Shown here piece by piece: positions 49,580 through 58,377 of a stretch of DNA of 64,000 nt; within the stretch, counting starts at the first letter, position 1, and every line of letters begins with the position of its first letter. Both the position numbers and the translations under genes were made by a program. The notes below the pieces were generated by a model. The model was given only the letters and a program-made list of their open reading frames with translations, made no database searches and was not told the DNA's origin. The stretch covers positions 32,001-96,000 of IMG/VR virus record IMGVR_UViG_3300036546_000172, one strand, 5' to 3'. The stretch comes from a virus. Lineage: Duplodnaviria; Caudoviricetes.

Positions 49580-50330
49580 TCCAATACATTCACAATCTGT
49601 GACTATGGGTCATCACATACGCACGTTTGGTCAAGATGTGTGGATTATTGGTGACGTACATGGATGCTATCGTGAGTTTAGAGATCTGTGTCATCAGATC
49701 AGACGTCTAAATTCACAAGCTATCATTATACAACTGGGTGATCTCATCGATCGAGGACCTGGGATGTCTCAAGTGTTTGATGTGATTGAAGATTATAATG
49801 TGATATGCACCATTGGAAACCATGAGTTGAACTTTCTGATGGAGCATGATGGAGTCAAGCGATGCAACAGCAAAGCACGACACATCAATCATGATCGCAT
49901 GGCTTCATACTCCATCGGTGAACAAGATCGTATCTTAACTCACCTGCGAAGCATGTATAATGTCATAGTGGTAGATATTGAGCTCAAAACAGGTGAAATC
50001 GAGCGCTGGTGTCTATCACACGCTCCGGTCAAAGGGTATGAGCAGGCCTGGCCTTTCCATGGTCTGCAATCACGCAATGCCTGGACCTATTGCTCACGCA
50101 CAGAGCCTTATGATGAGACTTACCTACACAGTGATGACAGAGCCGCTCACGGACATCAGCATTGGAACTATATTCCAATTGAGGATCAGATTGCTCAGAT
50201 ATTAGCTGGTGAGAGAAAAACATTGAACGTGGATGGAGGCTGTGTGTACGGCGGTGAACTAGCGGCTGTTAATCTCAACAGTCTATTTGCATTAAAAATC
50301 GGTGCATATGAGAGTTACTGGAAACAGTGA
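49569..50330 (+). CDS. Metallophosphoesterase (Pnkp phosphatase-like)
   Basis: IGDVHGC, LGDLIDRGP, GNHE, HGH, VDGGCVYGGEL. Confidence 0.88.
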   Translation: MKYSPIHSQSVTMGHHIRTFGQDVWIIGDVHGCYREFRDLCHQIRRLNSQAIIIQLGDLIDRGPGMSQVFDVIEDYNVICTIGNHELNFLMEHDGVKRCNSKARHINHDRMASYSIGEQDRILTHLRSMYNVIVVDIELKTGEIERWCLSHAPVKGYEQAWPFHGLQSRNAWTYCSRTEPYDETYLHSDDRAAHGHQHWNYIPIEDQIAQILAGERKTLNVDGGCVYGGELAAVNLNSLFALKIGAYESYWKQ

Positions 50331-50373
50331 CCTATATCATGTACAATAGTGTTCTTTATAACAGAGGTGAACT

Positions 50374-51075
50374 ATGAAATTGAATCTTAGCAAGCAAACC
50401 ATCGATACATTGAAGAAAGTGTATGAAGTCAACCAAGGCATCAAGTTCGTAGAAGGTGACAAGACTCTCAAAGTCAAATCCACTGATAACACGCTGCTGA
50501 TGCATGCGCCTATCGACGAAGAGTTTCCACGTGATTTCTACGTGTATAACCTTCGTGAGTTTCTGTCTGTGTTGTCTATCATTGAGGATCCGACTCTGGA
50601 TTTTTCAAATGATCAGTTTATGACTGTGACATCCAAAGACGGTAAGCAGAAGCTGCGCTACCTGGAATCAGATCCACAATTTGTCACATCATACACAGAC
50701 AAAGAGCCTCGTGTACCGTCTACGGAGTTTATTGCTGATGTGACAGCTGATCAATTTGCATCGGTAATGAAAGCTGCTCAAACCATGCGATTGGAATTCG
50801 TAGGCTTTGTCTGCGATGGCAGCACAATCACCTTGACAGCATTCAATCGCAATAACGGTGATCAAGCCATCACCAATAACTTTGCCATTGAAATGGGAGA
50901 TCACGACACTCCGTTTGAAATGTTCTACAAATTGGATTCTCAGAACATTGGTGTACTGCTCGGTGAGGGTGATTTGTCATTTGAGGTCTCTGAGAAGAAG
51001 ATCAGCAAGGTGTCAACCGACAGTGGTAAGACTTTCTGGATCGCCATGAACGCTAATTCCAAGTACGGTGAATAA
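50374..51075 (+). CDS. gp45: Sliding clamp gp45
   Basis: LS.QT...LK....N, EEFP.DF.VY.L.EFL, WIA; synteny with gp44, gp62 and regA. Confidence 0.88.
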   Translation: MKLNLSKQTIDTLKKVYEVNQGIKFVEGDKTLKVKSTDNTLLMHAPIDEEFPRDFYVYNLREFLSVLSIIEDPTLDFSNDQFMTVTSKDGKQKLRYLESDPQFVTSYTDKEPRVPSTEFIADVTADQFASVMKAAQTMRLEFVGFVCDGSTITLTAFNRNNGDQAITNNFAIEMGDHDTPFEMFYKLDSQNIGVLLGEGDLSFEVSEKKISKVSTDSGKTFWIAMNANSKYGE

Positions 51076-52021
51076 TATGGATTTTGATGCAACACAATCT
51101 TTATGGGTTGAAAAGTACAGACCGCGAACCATTGATGCTTGCATTCTGAAACAGAGCACGAAGGTTGAAGCCAAGAGCATGGTGAAGGAGGGTAAGATTC
51201 AGAATTGTCTGTTCTACGGCCCTCCTGGTACAGGCAAGACTACACTGGCTCGTGCTCTGTGTAATGAGCTGGATATCGACTACATGATCATTAACGCGTC
51301 TAATGAACGCGGCTTGGATGTTATCCGTGAGAAGATCACAAGCTTCGCCTCTACTGTCTCTATGTCTGGTAATGGTAAGTGCTTCATTCTAGATGAGGCT
51401 GATCACCTGCTTCCCAATACTCAGGCAGCTCTGCGCGGGGCAGCAGAAGAGTTCTCTAAGTCATGCTCGTTTATTATGACAGCCAACTATCCTAACCGGA
51501 TTATCCCGGCGCTGCATTCACGATTTGTAGGAGTGGATTTTGGTGTAGATAAGGCTGAAATGGATCAGATGCAGGCTCAATTCTTCATGCGAGTGATTGA
51601 GATCCTGGAGAATGAAGACATCGAATATGATGAGGCTGTATTAGCTGCTGTCATTCAGAAACACTTTCCTGACAATCGCAAGATCCTAGGTCTGTTACAG
51701 CAGTATGGTCGTCATGGTAAGATTGACGAAGGTATTCTGATGATGATGGAGGAGGTGTCTATTGATAACCTGCTCACATCTATCAAGAGCAAAAAGTTCA
51801 AACAGATCGTACAATGGGCTGAAGACAATAAGGACAACGATACATCTACAGTCTATGACAAGATCTATAAGGCGTTGAAGCAATGGATCGAGCCATCATC
51901 TGTACCGGATGCTATTATGATCTTAGAAGAGTACCAGCGTCACGATTCTATTGTACCTAGCAAAGAATTGCATCTGGCGGCTATGTGTACTGAGCTCATG
52001 ACTACTGTGGACTTTAAGTAA
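51068..52021 (+). CDS. gp44: Clamp loader large subunit gp44
   Basis: WVEKYRP, GPPGTGKTT, INAS, ILDEAD, LHSRF. Confidence 0.95.
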   Translation: MNNMDFDATQSLWVEKYRPRTIDACILKQSTKVEAKSMVKEGKIQNCLFYGPPGTGKTTLARALCNELDIDYMIINASNERGLDVIREKITSFASTVSMSGNGKCFILDEADHLLPNTQAALRGAAEEFSKSCSFIMTANYPNRIIPALHSRFVGVDFGVDKAEMDQMQAQFFMRVIEILENEDIEYDEAVLAAVIQKHFPDNRKILGLLQQYGRHGKIDEGILMMMEEVSIDNLLTSIKSKKFKQIVQWAEDNKDNDTSTVYDKIYKALKQWIEPSSVPDAIMILEEYQRHDSIVPSKELHLAAMCTELMTTVDFK

Positions 52022-52446
52022 TGGCTAAGAAGAGAGAGCTTGATCAGAAACAGGAGAAGAATGTCACTCTGTTTGACTTCATTAACGATATCTCTTGTGA
52101 TAAGCGCTACCTTCTCAATGACGACACGATCGGAGCCTATAACGCGTTTATGGTGAATCGTGGATTGTCACAGCATATGGATACTATACTGCTGGCGAAT
52201 GAAATGAATAAGAGATCCGGTGTAACAGACGAGATGCATCATGACTTTTTGTTCTTTGCTGTCGATAGTAAGAAGCGATATGGTAAATGGGCTAAGAAGA
52301 CTGAGACAGATGCAGAGGTGATAAATCACATCAGGCTCCAATACAACATTGGTCCTGAACGTGCAATTGAATATTTTAATCTGATGTCTGATGATGAAAA
52401 AGATCAGATTGAGAAACTCTTGAAATCAAAAGGTGGTAGAAAATGA
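52021..52446 (+). CDS. gp62: Clamp loader small subunit gp62
   Basis: FDF.N.I, Y..FMVNRGLS...D....ANEMN, KR..KWAK, GG C-terminus. Confidence 0.88.
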   Translation: MAKKRELDQKQEKNVTLFDFINDISCDKRYLLNDDTIGAYNAFMVNRGLSQHMDTILLANEMNKRSGVTDEMHHDFLFFAVDSKKRYGKWAKKTETDAEVINHIRLQYNIGPERAIEYFNLMSDDEKDQIEKLLKSKGGRK

Positions 52447-52865
52447 AGTACACTGTTAATACCGATCGTAATGTTGTGCTGTCTAATATGGTCGAAATCG
52501 AATTCTGTGATAATGTACAGGATGGCTTTCGCAAGGTTAAAGAGACGCTTGAGCGCATGGGCATTCCGAAACGCGAGAGCAACGTCTTGATCCAAACAGC
52601 TCATATTTTGCACAAGCAAGGACGATACTACATCTGTCACTTCAAGGAGTTGTTCGCGATGGATGGCAAAGCAGCTGAGCTGTCTGAAGAGGATGTAGGT
52701 CGTAGAAACCTGATCGTGAAGTATCTCACAGATTGGGAACTGATCAAACCGATTACCAGTAACAGCGAACGTCCAGTATGCTCACCTCGTCGATTGAAAG
52801 TGATCAAGCACATCGATCGTGAAAACTGGGATTTCGAGAGCAAGTACAGTATTGGTAATCGGTAA
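52443..52865 (+). CDS. regA: Translational repressor RegA
   Basis: F.KVKETL.R.GI, Q..HILHKQG.YYI.HFKELF..DG, RRN.I...L.DW.L, KY.IG. Confidence 0.95.
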   Translation: MKYTVNTDRNVVLSNMVEIEFCDNVQDGFRKVKETLERMGIPKRESNVLIQTAHILHKQGRYYICHFKELFAMDGKAAELSEEDVGRRNLIVKYLTDWELIKPITSNSERPVCSPRRLKVIKHIDRENWDFESKYSIGNR

Positions 52866-52872
52866 TAATACA

Positions 52873-52949
52873 GGGTCTTTAGCATAATTGGTTAATGCCG
52901 CGGCCTCATAAGCCGTACTATCTCGGTTCAAGTCCGAGGGGACCCACCA
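52873..52949 (+). tRNA. tRNA with CAT anticodon (probably Ile2, possibly elongator Met)
   Basis: Cloverleaf, loop CT-CAT-AA, GGTTCAAGTCC, encoded CCA. Confidence 0.85.
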
Positions 52950-52975
52950 TTTTAAATCATGTAGAAGGTCTATAT

Positions 52976-54262
52976 ATGCAACTGAATGACAAACAATCGT
53001 ATGCGATGAAACAGGTGATCTCAGGCGCTAACCTGTTTATTGACGGCCCGGGTGGCGTTGGCAAATCTGTGCTGGTTCGTGAAATTATGGACAAGTTCAG
53101 CACATCGACGGTGTTCCTGGCACCAACTGGTATCGCAGCACTGAATATCAACGGGTCTACGATTCACTCCGCCTTCAAGCTCCCGTTCAATGTGTTGACC
53201 AAGCGCGATCATTTAAGAATCAACGACAAGACATTGGAGCTCTTTGACAAAGAGGGTCCGGTTAAGCGCATCGTCATCGATGAGATCTCTATGGTGAGGG
53301 CGGATCTATTCACCTGCATGGATCAGCAGCTCAGGCGCATTCGTCGTTTGAACCAACCGTTTGGCGGGTTGCAAGTGATCGTAGTGGGTGACTTCTATCA
53401 GCTGCCTCCGGTTCTGACACCTAAGGATAAGCACTGGTATGAGAAGGAAGGATTTACTTCACCGTTTGCATTCAGCACCGAGAGCTGGAGCGCCGCTGAC
53501 TTCGTTCATGTTGAGCTGGATCAAATCATGCGTCAATCAGATGAGCAAATGATCTCAAACCTCATGAAGATTCGACGCAAAGCTGATGGTTGGGAAAAGT
53601 CGGTTCAATTCTTCAACAGCATCGGTTCTGATAACAAAGAGACAGTGCTCGATGAAGATCCAATCTTTTTATGCGCTACCAACAAGAGCGCCAACACCGT
53701 CAATGAACTGAACTACAGCGAACTCGACGGTGAAGAACTGGTATCGTTTGCTCAGAAGAGTGGTCAGTTTACATCAGAACCAGCACCATTTGAGCTTCGT
53801 CTCAGATATGGTACCAAGGTGATCCTAACAGCTAATACTGAGAGCCATAAGAACGGCCAGGTAGGATACGTCATTGGCTTCATCGGTGATAAGATTGAGG
53901 TCCTGCTTGAAGATACTGAAGTGAAGATCCTGGTTGAGAAGTACAAGTGGGAAGAGATGGATTATGAGCTTGGAGCCGAGGGTCAGATTTCAAGAGTGCC
54001 GAATGGAACATATAAACAGTATCCGATGAAACATGGCTGGGGCATCACTATTCACAAGAGCCAGGGTCAATCTATCAATCACGCTATGATAGACACCGGA
54101 CGTGGATGTTTCGCTCATGGTCAAGCTTATGTGGCTCTATCCCGACTGCGCACACTTGAGGGTCTGGCTCTGTTGAATCCTCTGATGAAGCAGGATATTA
54201 TAGTGGCTCCTGAGATCAATGACTTTTACGAGAACGGGTGTCGAGGTATAGGTCTGTTCTAA
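52976..54262 (+). CDS. Pif1/RecD-like SF1B helicase
   Basis: GPGGVGKS, APTGIAA..I.GSTIHS, IDEISM, GDFYQLPPV, TIHKSQG, YVALSR. Confidence 0.92.
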   Translation: MQLNDKQSYAMKQVISGANLFIDGPGGVGKSVLVREIMDKFSTSTVFLAPTGIAALNINGSTIHSAFKLPFNVLTKRDHLRINDKTLELFDKEGPVKRIVIDEISMVRADLFTCMDQQLRRIRRLNQPFGGLQVIVVGDFYQLPPVLTPKDKHWYEKEGFTSPFAFSTESWSAADFVHVELDQIMRQSDEQMISNLMKIRRKADGWEKSVQFFNSIGSDNKETVLDEDPIFLCATNKSANTVNELNYSELDGEELVSFAQKSGQFTSEPAPFELRLRYGTKVILTANTESHKNGQVGYVIGFIGDKIEVLLEDTEVKILVEKYKWEEMDYELGAEGQISRVPNGTYKQYPMKHGWGITIHKSQGQSINHAMIDTGRGCFAHGQAYVALSRLRTLEGLALLNPLMKQDIIVAPEINDFYENGCRGIGLF

Positions 54263-54269
54263 CCGTCTG

Positions 54270-54296
54270 AGCCCGGGTCTCCCCGGGTTTCTTTTT
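54270..54296 (+). terminator. Intrinsic terminator
   Basis: AGCCCGGG-TCTC-CCCGGGTT followed by a T-rich tract. Confidence 0.8.
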
Positions 54297-54314
54297 GAGT
54301 GTGTTAGCGTATAG

Positions 54315-54947
54315 GTGGAGATAGAAAACGTGATAGAGCGTATATATGATGGAGAGACGGTAATATGCATGGCCAGCGGCCCTAGCATTACCGAAGAGCA
54401 AGTAGAAACAGTGAGACAATCTGCACATCCGGTCATTGCAGTCAATAACACGTTTCAACTGGCACCCTGGTGCGATCATATCTTCGCAGCTGACATATTA
54501 TGGTGGTATCGATACTACAATGAAGTCACTGAAGTATCTGATGCCAAGAGATGGACACTGGAGGGAGTAGGACGTCATTTTCAGAAGAAGCGAGGGTATG
54601 ACAAGATATTACATGAGCTTCCATTTGATCGTGAGATGGGATTAGGCAAGACCAGAGTCAATCATGGCGGTAATTCAGGCTATATTGCAGTGAATCTAGC
54701 TTACCTGATGGGTGCTAAGAAAATCATCCTCATTGGGTACGACCACCAGCACACCAACGGCCAGCGACATTTCCACGGTGATCACGATCCTAAGCATTTC
54801 CGAACGAACGCTGATGACATTGATCGATGGGTCACTAATTTCGCTTGGCTGGATTGGGATCTGAGGAAAGAGGGAGTAAATCTAGTAAACTGTTCTACAG
54901 AGACAGCCTTAAACTGCCGTCGTGGTAATCTAGAGGATGAAATATGA
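54315..54947 (+). CDS. DUF115/Maf-like putative glycosyltransferase
   Basis: ASGPS, IAVN, AAD..WW, NSG..A.NLA..MGA..I.L.GYD, VNCS. Confidence 0.65.
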   Translation: MEIENVIERIYDGETVICMASGPSITEEQVETVRQSAHPVIAVNNTFQLAPWCDHIFAADILWWYRYYNEVTEVSDAKRWTLEGVGRHFQKKRGYDKILHELPFDREMGLGKTRVNHGGNSGYIAVNLAYLMGAKKIILIGYDHQHTNGQRHFHGDHDPKHFRTNADDIDRWVTNFAWLDWDLRKEGVNLVNCSTETALNCRRGNLEDEI

Positions 54948-55576
54948 AGATCGTCACAGTGTTAAAGACTGGTGGAGACTTTGATCTCGAGTATGTTGAA
55001 GCCATAGCACAATCTGTACCTTCATGCTATGAGTTTGTGTGTCTCAGCGATGATCCTCGCGTTCCGGGCTATATCCCACTAGAGCGTAGTTATTCCGGTT
55101 GGTGGTCTAAGATGGAGATCTTTCGACCGGGTATTATTGACGATGATATGTTCTATCTGGATCTAGACACTGTCATTCTTCATGACATATCAGAAGAATT
55201 GCGTCAGTTGGAGCAAATAGATCACATTGTTATGTTGTCTGACTTCTATTTTCCGGAAAGATCCGCGTCCGGGATCATGTACATACCAGAATACTTGAGA
55301 TTAGCTGTGTGGTGCTCCTGGCTGAAACATAATCCTCAGCTAATCATGAGTCAGATGCGAGGTGATCAAGACTTCCTCAACACCCTGTATGATTCCTATC
55401 TGCGATTTGATGATGTAATTGACAAGGACTGGATCTGCTCATACAAAGCTCATATTGCTAAAACATATCCAAAACACCTCAAACCATCAGATGTAGATGT
55501 GTCTAAATCTAAGATCATCTGCTTCCACGGTAAACCAAGACCACGTGAAATCAGTGGTATATGGAAAACGAGATGA
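54944..55576 (+). CDS. GT8-like glycosyltransferase
   Basis: GWW.K..IF, YLDLD, S.IM, GDQ.FL, SYK, FHG.P.P. Confidence 0.75.
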   Translation: MKIVTVLKTGGDFDLEYVEAIAQSVPSCYEFVCLSDDPRVPGYIPLERSYSGWWSKMEIFRPGIIDDDMFYLDLDTVILHDISEELRQLEQIDHIVMLSDFYFPERSASGIMYIPEYLRLAVWCSWLKHNPQLIMSQMRGDQDFLNTLYDSYLRFDDVIDKDWICSYKAHIAKTYPKHLKPSDVDVSKSKIICFHGKPRPREISGIWKTR

Positions 55577-55846
55577 GGTGGAGATCAAGGACAGCGCTAC
55601 GACGGCTCTCAATGTAAAGGTTCTCTATCTCACTTGCCTCGGTTGTTTGAGACTGCGCATCAACAGTTGATCGATAATGGAATTACAGTATACAATGGAA
55701 ACATAGAGAGTCGGATTGAATGTTTCCCGAAATTTGACTATGTTAAGGAAGGGTATGAAGGATTCTATCGAGCAATGGCTCAAAGAGCTGGAGCCTCTGA
55801 GTTCACAGCACCAAGATCTGATGGAAAAATATACGACCGGGTCTGA
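55577..55846 (+). pseudogene. Headless C-terminal fragment resembling a second DUF115-like gene
   Basis: Frame stays open right after the GT8 TGA: GGDQGQRYDG...QLIDNGITVYNG..ESRIECFPK, similar in pattern to the 54315 protein C-terminus; no good start codon. Confidence 0.45.
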
Positions 55847-55940
55847 TAATGTTTCATTGAAGCAAATAGATCAGACATTCAGAAAGATGAAGCCACTGAT
55901 GAAGCAGCTCAGAGCTGCAGCTAGGAGTGATCATGATTAA
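55755..55940 (+). CDS. Small hypothetical protein
   Basis: ATG 55755 follows AAGGAAGG. Confidence 0.4.
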   Translation: MKDSIEQWLKELEPLSSQHQDLMEKYTTGSDNVSLKQIDQTFRKMKPLMKQLRAAARSDHD

Positions 55941-56397
55941 CGTTGAATATACTAATGCAGAATTGGATCATATGTTGATATCCAGAGAAGCTGATGTCAT
56001 TGCTGTTGGTATGAACTGCTTTCATCACATGCTGGGCATCAACAACCGGTTAAACAAGATGACCGGCGGTCAACTGATTATGACAGACTATCAAACACCA
56101 TACGCTGATATCAATAAACTCGGCACTCAGATATCCATCGAAGAGTCTATCTTTGGTCATCGTATTCAATTGGCTCTGCTCTATGTCAGTTACACCATAG
56201 CATCAGATGATCATAACTGCATCCATTATGTCTCGTTGTATGATTCGTTGGTCAGTCTGATCTCTGAGATGGAATCTGGACAGACGTTGTGTTTGCCGGT
56301 TATAGGCAATCCTGAATCTTTTAATCAGGCGCTGGACGTGATTGTCAGTGAATCAGACGATCTGCCTGACATCAATATTTTGGTATCGAGGACGTGA
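55933..56397 (+). CDS. Degenerate macro-domain-like protein
   Basis: DVI..G.NCF..M.G, D..T...D..KLG, P.IG. Confidence 0.55.
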   Translation: MINVEYTNAELDHMLISREADVIAVGMNCFHHMLGINNRLNKMTGGQLIMTDYQTPYADINKLGTQISIEESIFGHRIQLALLYVSYTIASDDHNCIHYVSLYDSLVSLISEMESGQTLCLPVIGNPESFNQALDVIVSESDDLPDINILVSRT

Positions 56398-56398
56398 C

Positions 56399-56863
56399 AT
56401 GCAAATTATGTTTATGAGTCGACATGAGTTTACAAATTTATGCTCTCAACTAAATTCGACACAATCGGCTATCATCTCTATCTCAGATAATACCGAAGAG
56501 ATGGAAGAAATGCAGCGGCTGGTTGAGACGCAAGCACCAACTGCACGTGTCATCTACTTGGCGTTTCAAGACGTAGATGATCATGATTGTGGTGGAATCA
56601 CGAACAATCAAGCTCGTAAGTTGTTCAAATTCATCAAGCAGAACAATGACTGCTCGTTCTATGTGCATTGCTTTGCAGGTGTCTCAAGGTCGGCGGCTGT
56701 TGCAAAGTTCATTCAAGAATATTACGATGTACAAGGCACAGTTCTTGAAAACTACAGGATCTATAACAATCGAGTATTCAGCAAGCTGATGTCGTTTGTA
56801 GGATCTATGAGTATCGAAGACTATTATCGTCAACTGGAAGCAGAGGAGCGTGGTTATGAGTGA
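56399..56863 (+). CDS. CX5R (tyrosine / dual-specificity-type) phosphatase
   Basis: IISISD, F.DV, VHCFAGVSRSAAVA. Confidence 0.85.
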   Translation: MQIMFMSRHEFTNLCSQLNSTQSAIISISDNTEEMEEMQRLVETQAPTARVIYLAFQDVDDHDCGGITNNQARKLFKFIKQNNDCSFYVHCFAGVSRSAAVAKFIQEYYDVQGTVLENYRIYNNRVFSKLMSFVGSMSIEDYYRQLEAEERGYE

Positions 56864-57089
56864 AGTTAGTAAGGTGAAGCAGCATCTGAAGCGTACAATG
56901 AAGCGTCCGATGAAACCAAGATTGGATGATTGTCCGGTGTGTGGTGCAAAGGATCAAGCAACTGACATCATCGCACACGGTCCAGGAATTGGAGTGCTAG
57001 GATATGAATGTGGTTGCTCAGTAGCCTCTGAAGAAGGAAAACTTACAGAGTATCGTAAATACGATGGAACAATAACTAAAAAGGAATAG
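56856..57089 (+). CDS. Small zinc-ribbon protein
   Basis: CPVC...YECG; RBS GAGGAG. Confidence 0.55.
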   Translation: MSEVSKVKQHLKRTMKRPMKPRLDDCPVCGAKDQATDIIAHGPGIGVLGYECGCSVASEEGKLTEYRKYDGTITKKE

Positions 57090-57091
57090 AC

Positions 57092-57202
57092 ATGATCGAC
57101 TCAGTGTTACATCACGTACTGGTAGGTATCGCTTCAATAGGTCTGTGGATGATGCGTATCTTCTTTGATGTACTGAGTCGATTGTTTCCGTCCTTTTTCT
57201 GA
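57092..57202 (+). CDS. 36-aa hydrophobic peptide
   Basis: MIDSVLHHVLVGIASIGLWMMRIFFDVLSRLFPSFF; RBS AAGGA; fills the intergenic gap. Confidence 0.4.
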   Translation: MIDSVLHHVLVGIASIGLWMMRIFFDVLSRLFPSFF

Positions 57203-57209
57203 GGTGACT

Positions 57210-57524
57210 ATGAAACTGTTATTATGCACCAAATGTCAATCTATTTTCAGCTTAGTACAATCTAAAGTTCGTTCGTGTGAATGTGGTAACGTCAAAGGTA
57301 TCTACATCGATGACCTTAACGCCAGATTCACGTCCGATACTGAGGACTACTTCATGCTTGGCTTCGCCAACTACACGGTGAGCAAAGCTATTTCTGATTA
57401 TAGCAGGTATGGCAGTCCAGACGGAATGGGTCTAAACTTTACCGCCTTTGTCATACCAGAACCGTGTGATACCTTCATTCGTGTTGGTGCAGATGAGTTT
57501 AGTGAAATCGAGGCAAATTTGTAG
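57210..57524 (+). CDS. Zinc-binding hypothetical protein
   Basis: MKLL.C..C...C.CG. Confidence 0.6.
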   Translation: MKLLLCTKCQSIFSLVQSKVRSCECGNVKGIYIDDLNARFTSDTEDYFMLGFANYTVSKAISDYSRYGSPDGMGLNFTAFVIPEPCDTFIRVGADEFSEIEANL

Positions 57525-57583
57525 TAGATTTTATGCTCAGTGTAGTGTAATATGTGGTTGTCCATTGAGAAAGGAGCTGTATA

Positions 57584-57781
57584 ATGAATGATTATATGCG
57601 CGGTAAAATTGAAGCTTGTATTGAACTGTCTGACGGTGATGCTGAGAAGTTTAAGCAAGACGTGATTAAGGTTACTGGACTCACAGATCAAGGTTTTCAC
57701 AATCTGAACATGACGGACGTAGCATTCGATATGCTGAACCGTGGAGAGGATCTCAACGAGATCATGGATGCTGTCCTATGA
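57584..57781 (+). CDS. Hypothetical protein
   Basis: RBS AAGGAG. Confidence 0.55.
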   Translation: MNDYMRGKIEACIELSDGDAEKFKQDVIKVTGLTDQGFHNLNMTDVAFDMLNRGEDLNEIMDAVL

Positions 57782-57975
57782 AGAAGATTATCAGATTCGG
57801 TCTCGCTTGGACAGTAGGTGTTCCATTTATACTGATCGCTTTGGGTCTTCTGGGATTGATGGCCGCAGTGTTCTCGTTGGTAGAGGATGATGATGAAGTC
57901 ACCGATTGTGGTAATTACATCAAAGAGATCGTTGCAGCCTGGTGGAAGTGGGCAAGTTTCTCGTCTCTTAAATAG
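57778..57975 (+). CDS. Small membrane protein
   Basis: ATGA overlap, one TM helix. Confidence 0.5.
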   Translation: MKKIIRFGLAWTVGVPFILIALGLLGLMAAVFSLVEDDDEVTDCGNYIKEIVAAWWKWASFSSLK

Positions 57976-58078
57976 GGTGTGGTGGGTGCTCTTAGGACGC
58001 TGACAGGGTATGGCATAAGCCGTCTGAATCGCAGCACCCACTCTTTTTTGCTCGGGTAGCCCAATAGGCAGAGAAATC

Positions 58079-58162
58079 GGGGGAGTGGTGAAATGGCAGA
58101 CACAGCGGTGTTAAGTACCGTCGCCTTAGCGCGTGTGGGTTCGAATCCCACCTCCCCCACCA
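58079..58162 (+). tRNA. tRNA-Leu(TAA)
   Basis: GGGGGAG/CTCCCCC acceptor, long variable arm, loop GT-TAA-GT, CCA. Confidence 0.85.
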
Positions 58163-58196
58163 AACAACTCCCGATAGCTCAGCTGGATAGAGCAAC

Positions 58197-58324
58197 AGAG
58201 ACAACAAAGCCTCGCGCTAGCTCAATTGGATAGAGCACCTCCCTTCTTTTGTGCATTCGTGTAGTGTACAAAAGAAGGAGGTGGTTACTGGTTCGACTCC
58301 AGTGCGCGAGGCTTTGTTGTCTTT
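58197..58324 (+). ncRNA. tRNA-Arg(TCT)-derived RNA with a 27-nt anticodon-loop insert and extended acceptor helix
   Basis: Intact D and T arms; insert 58248-58274 pairs with the anticodon; 19-bp terminal helix; no CCA. Confidence 0.8.
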
Positions 58325-58377
58325 AAAAATACAAAATATGATTCCCACTCGGGAATCCAATATAAGATAGGTGACAT

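Noticed and set aside
52895-52975. N-terminal extension of the Pif1-like helicase
   Set aside because: Overlaps the tRNA at 52873-52949; ATG 52976 has an RBS and fits the domain start
42812-55576. Stop-codon reassignment suggested by in-frame TAA (42812) and TGA (55574)
   Set aside because: TAA, TAG and TGA all end conserved core genes at expected lengths, and no suppressor tRNA is present
57982-58049. SRP 4.5S RNA or Y RNA
   Set aside because: Lacks the SRP domain IV motif and a recognisable Ro-binding bulged helix
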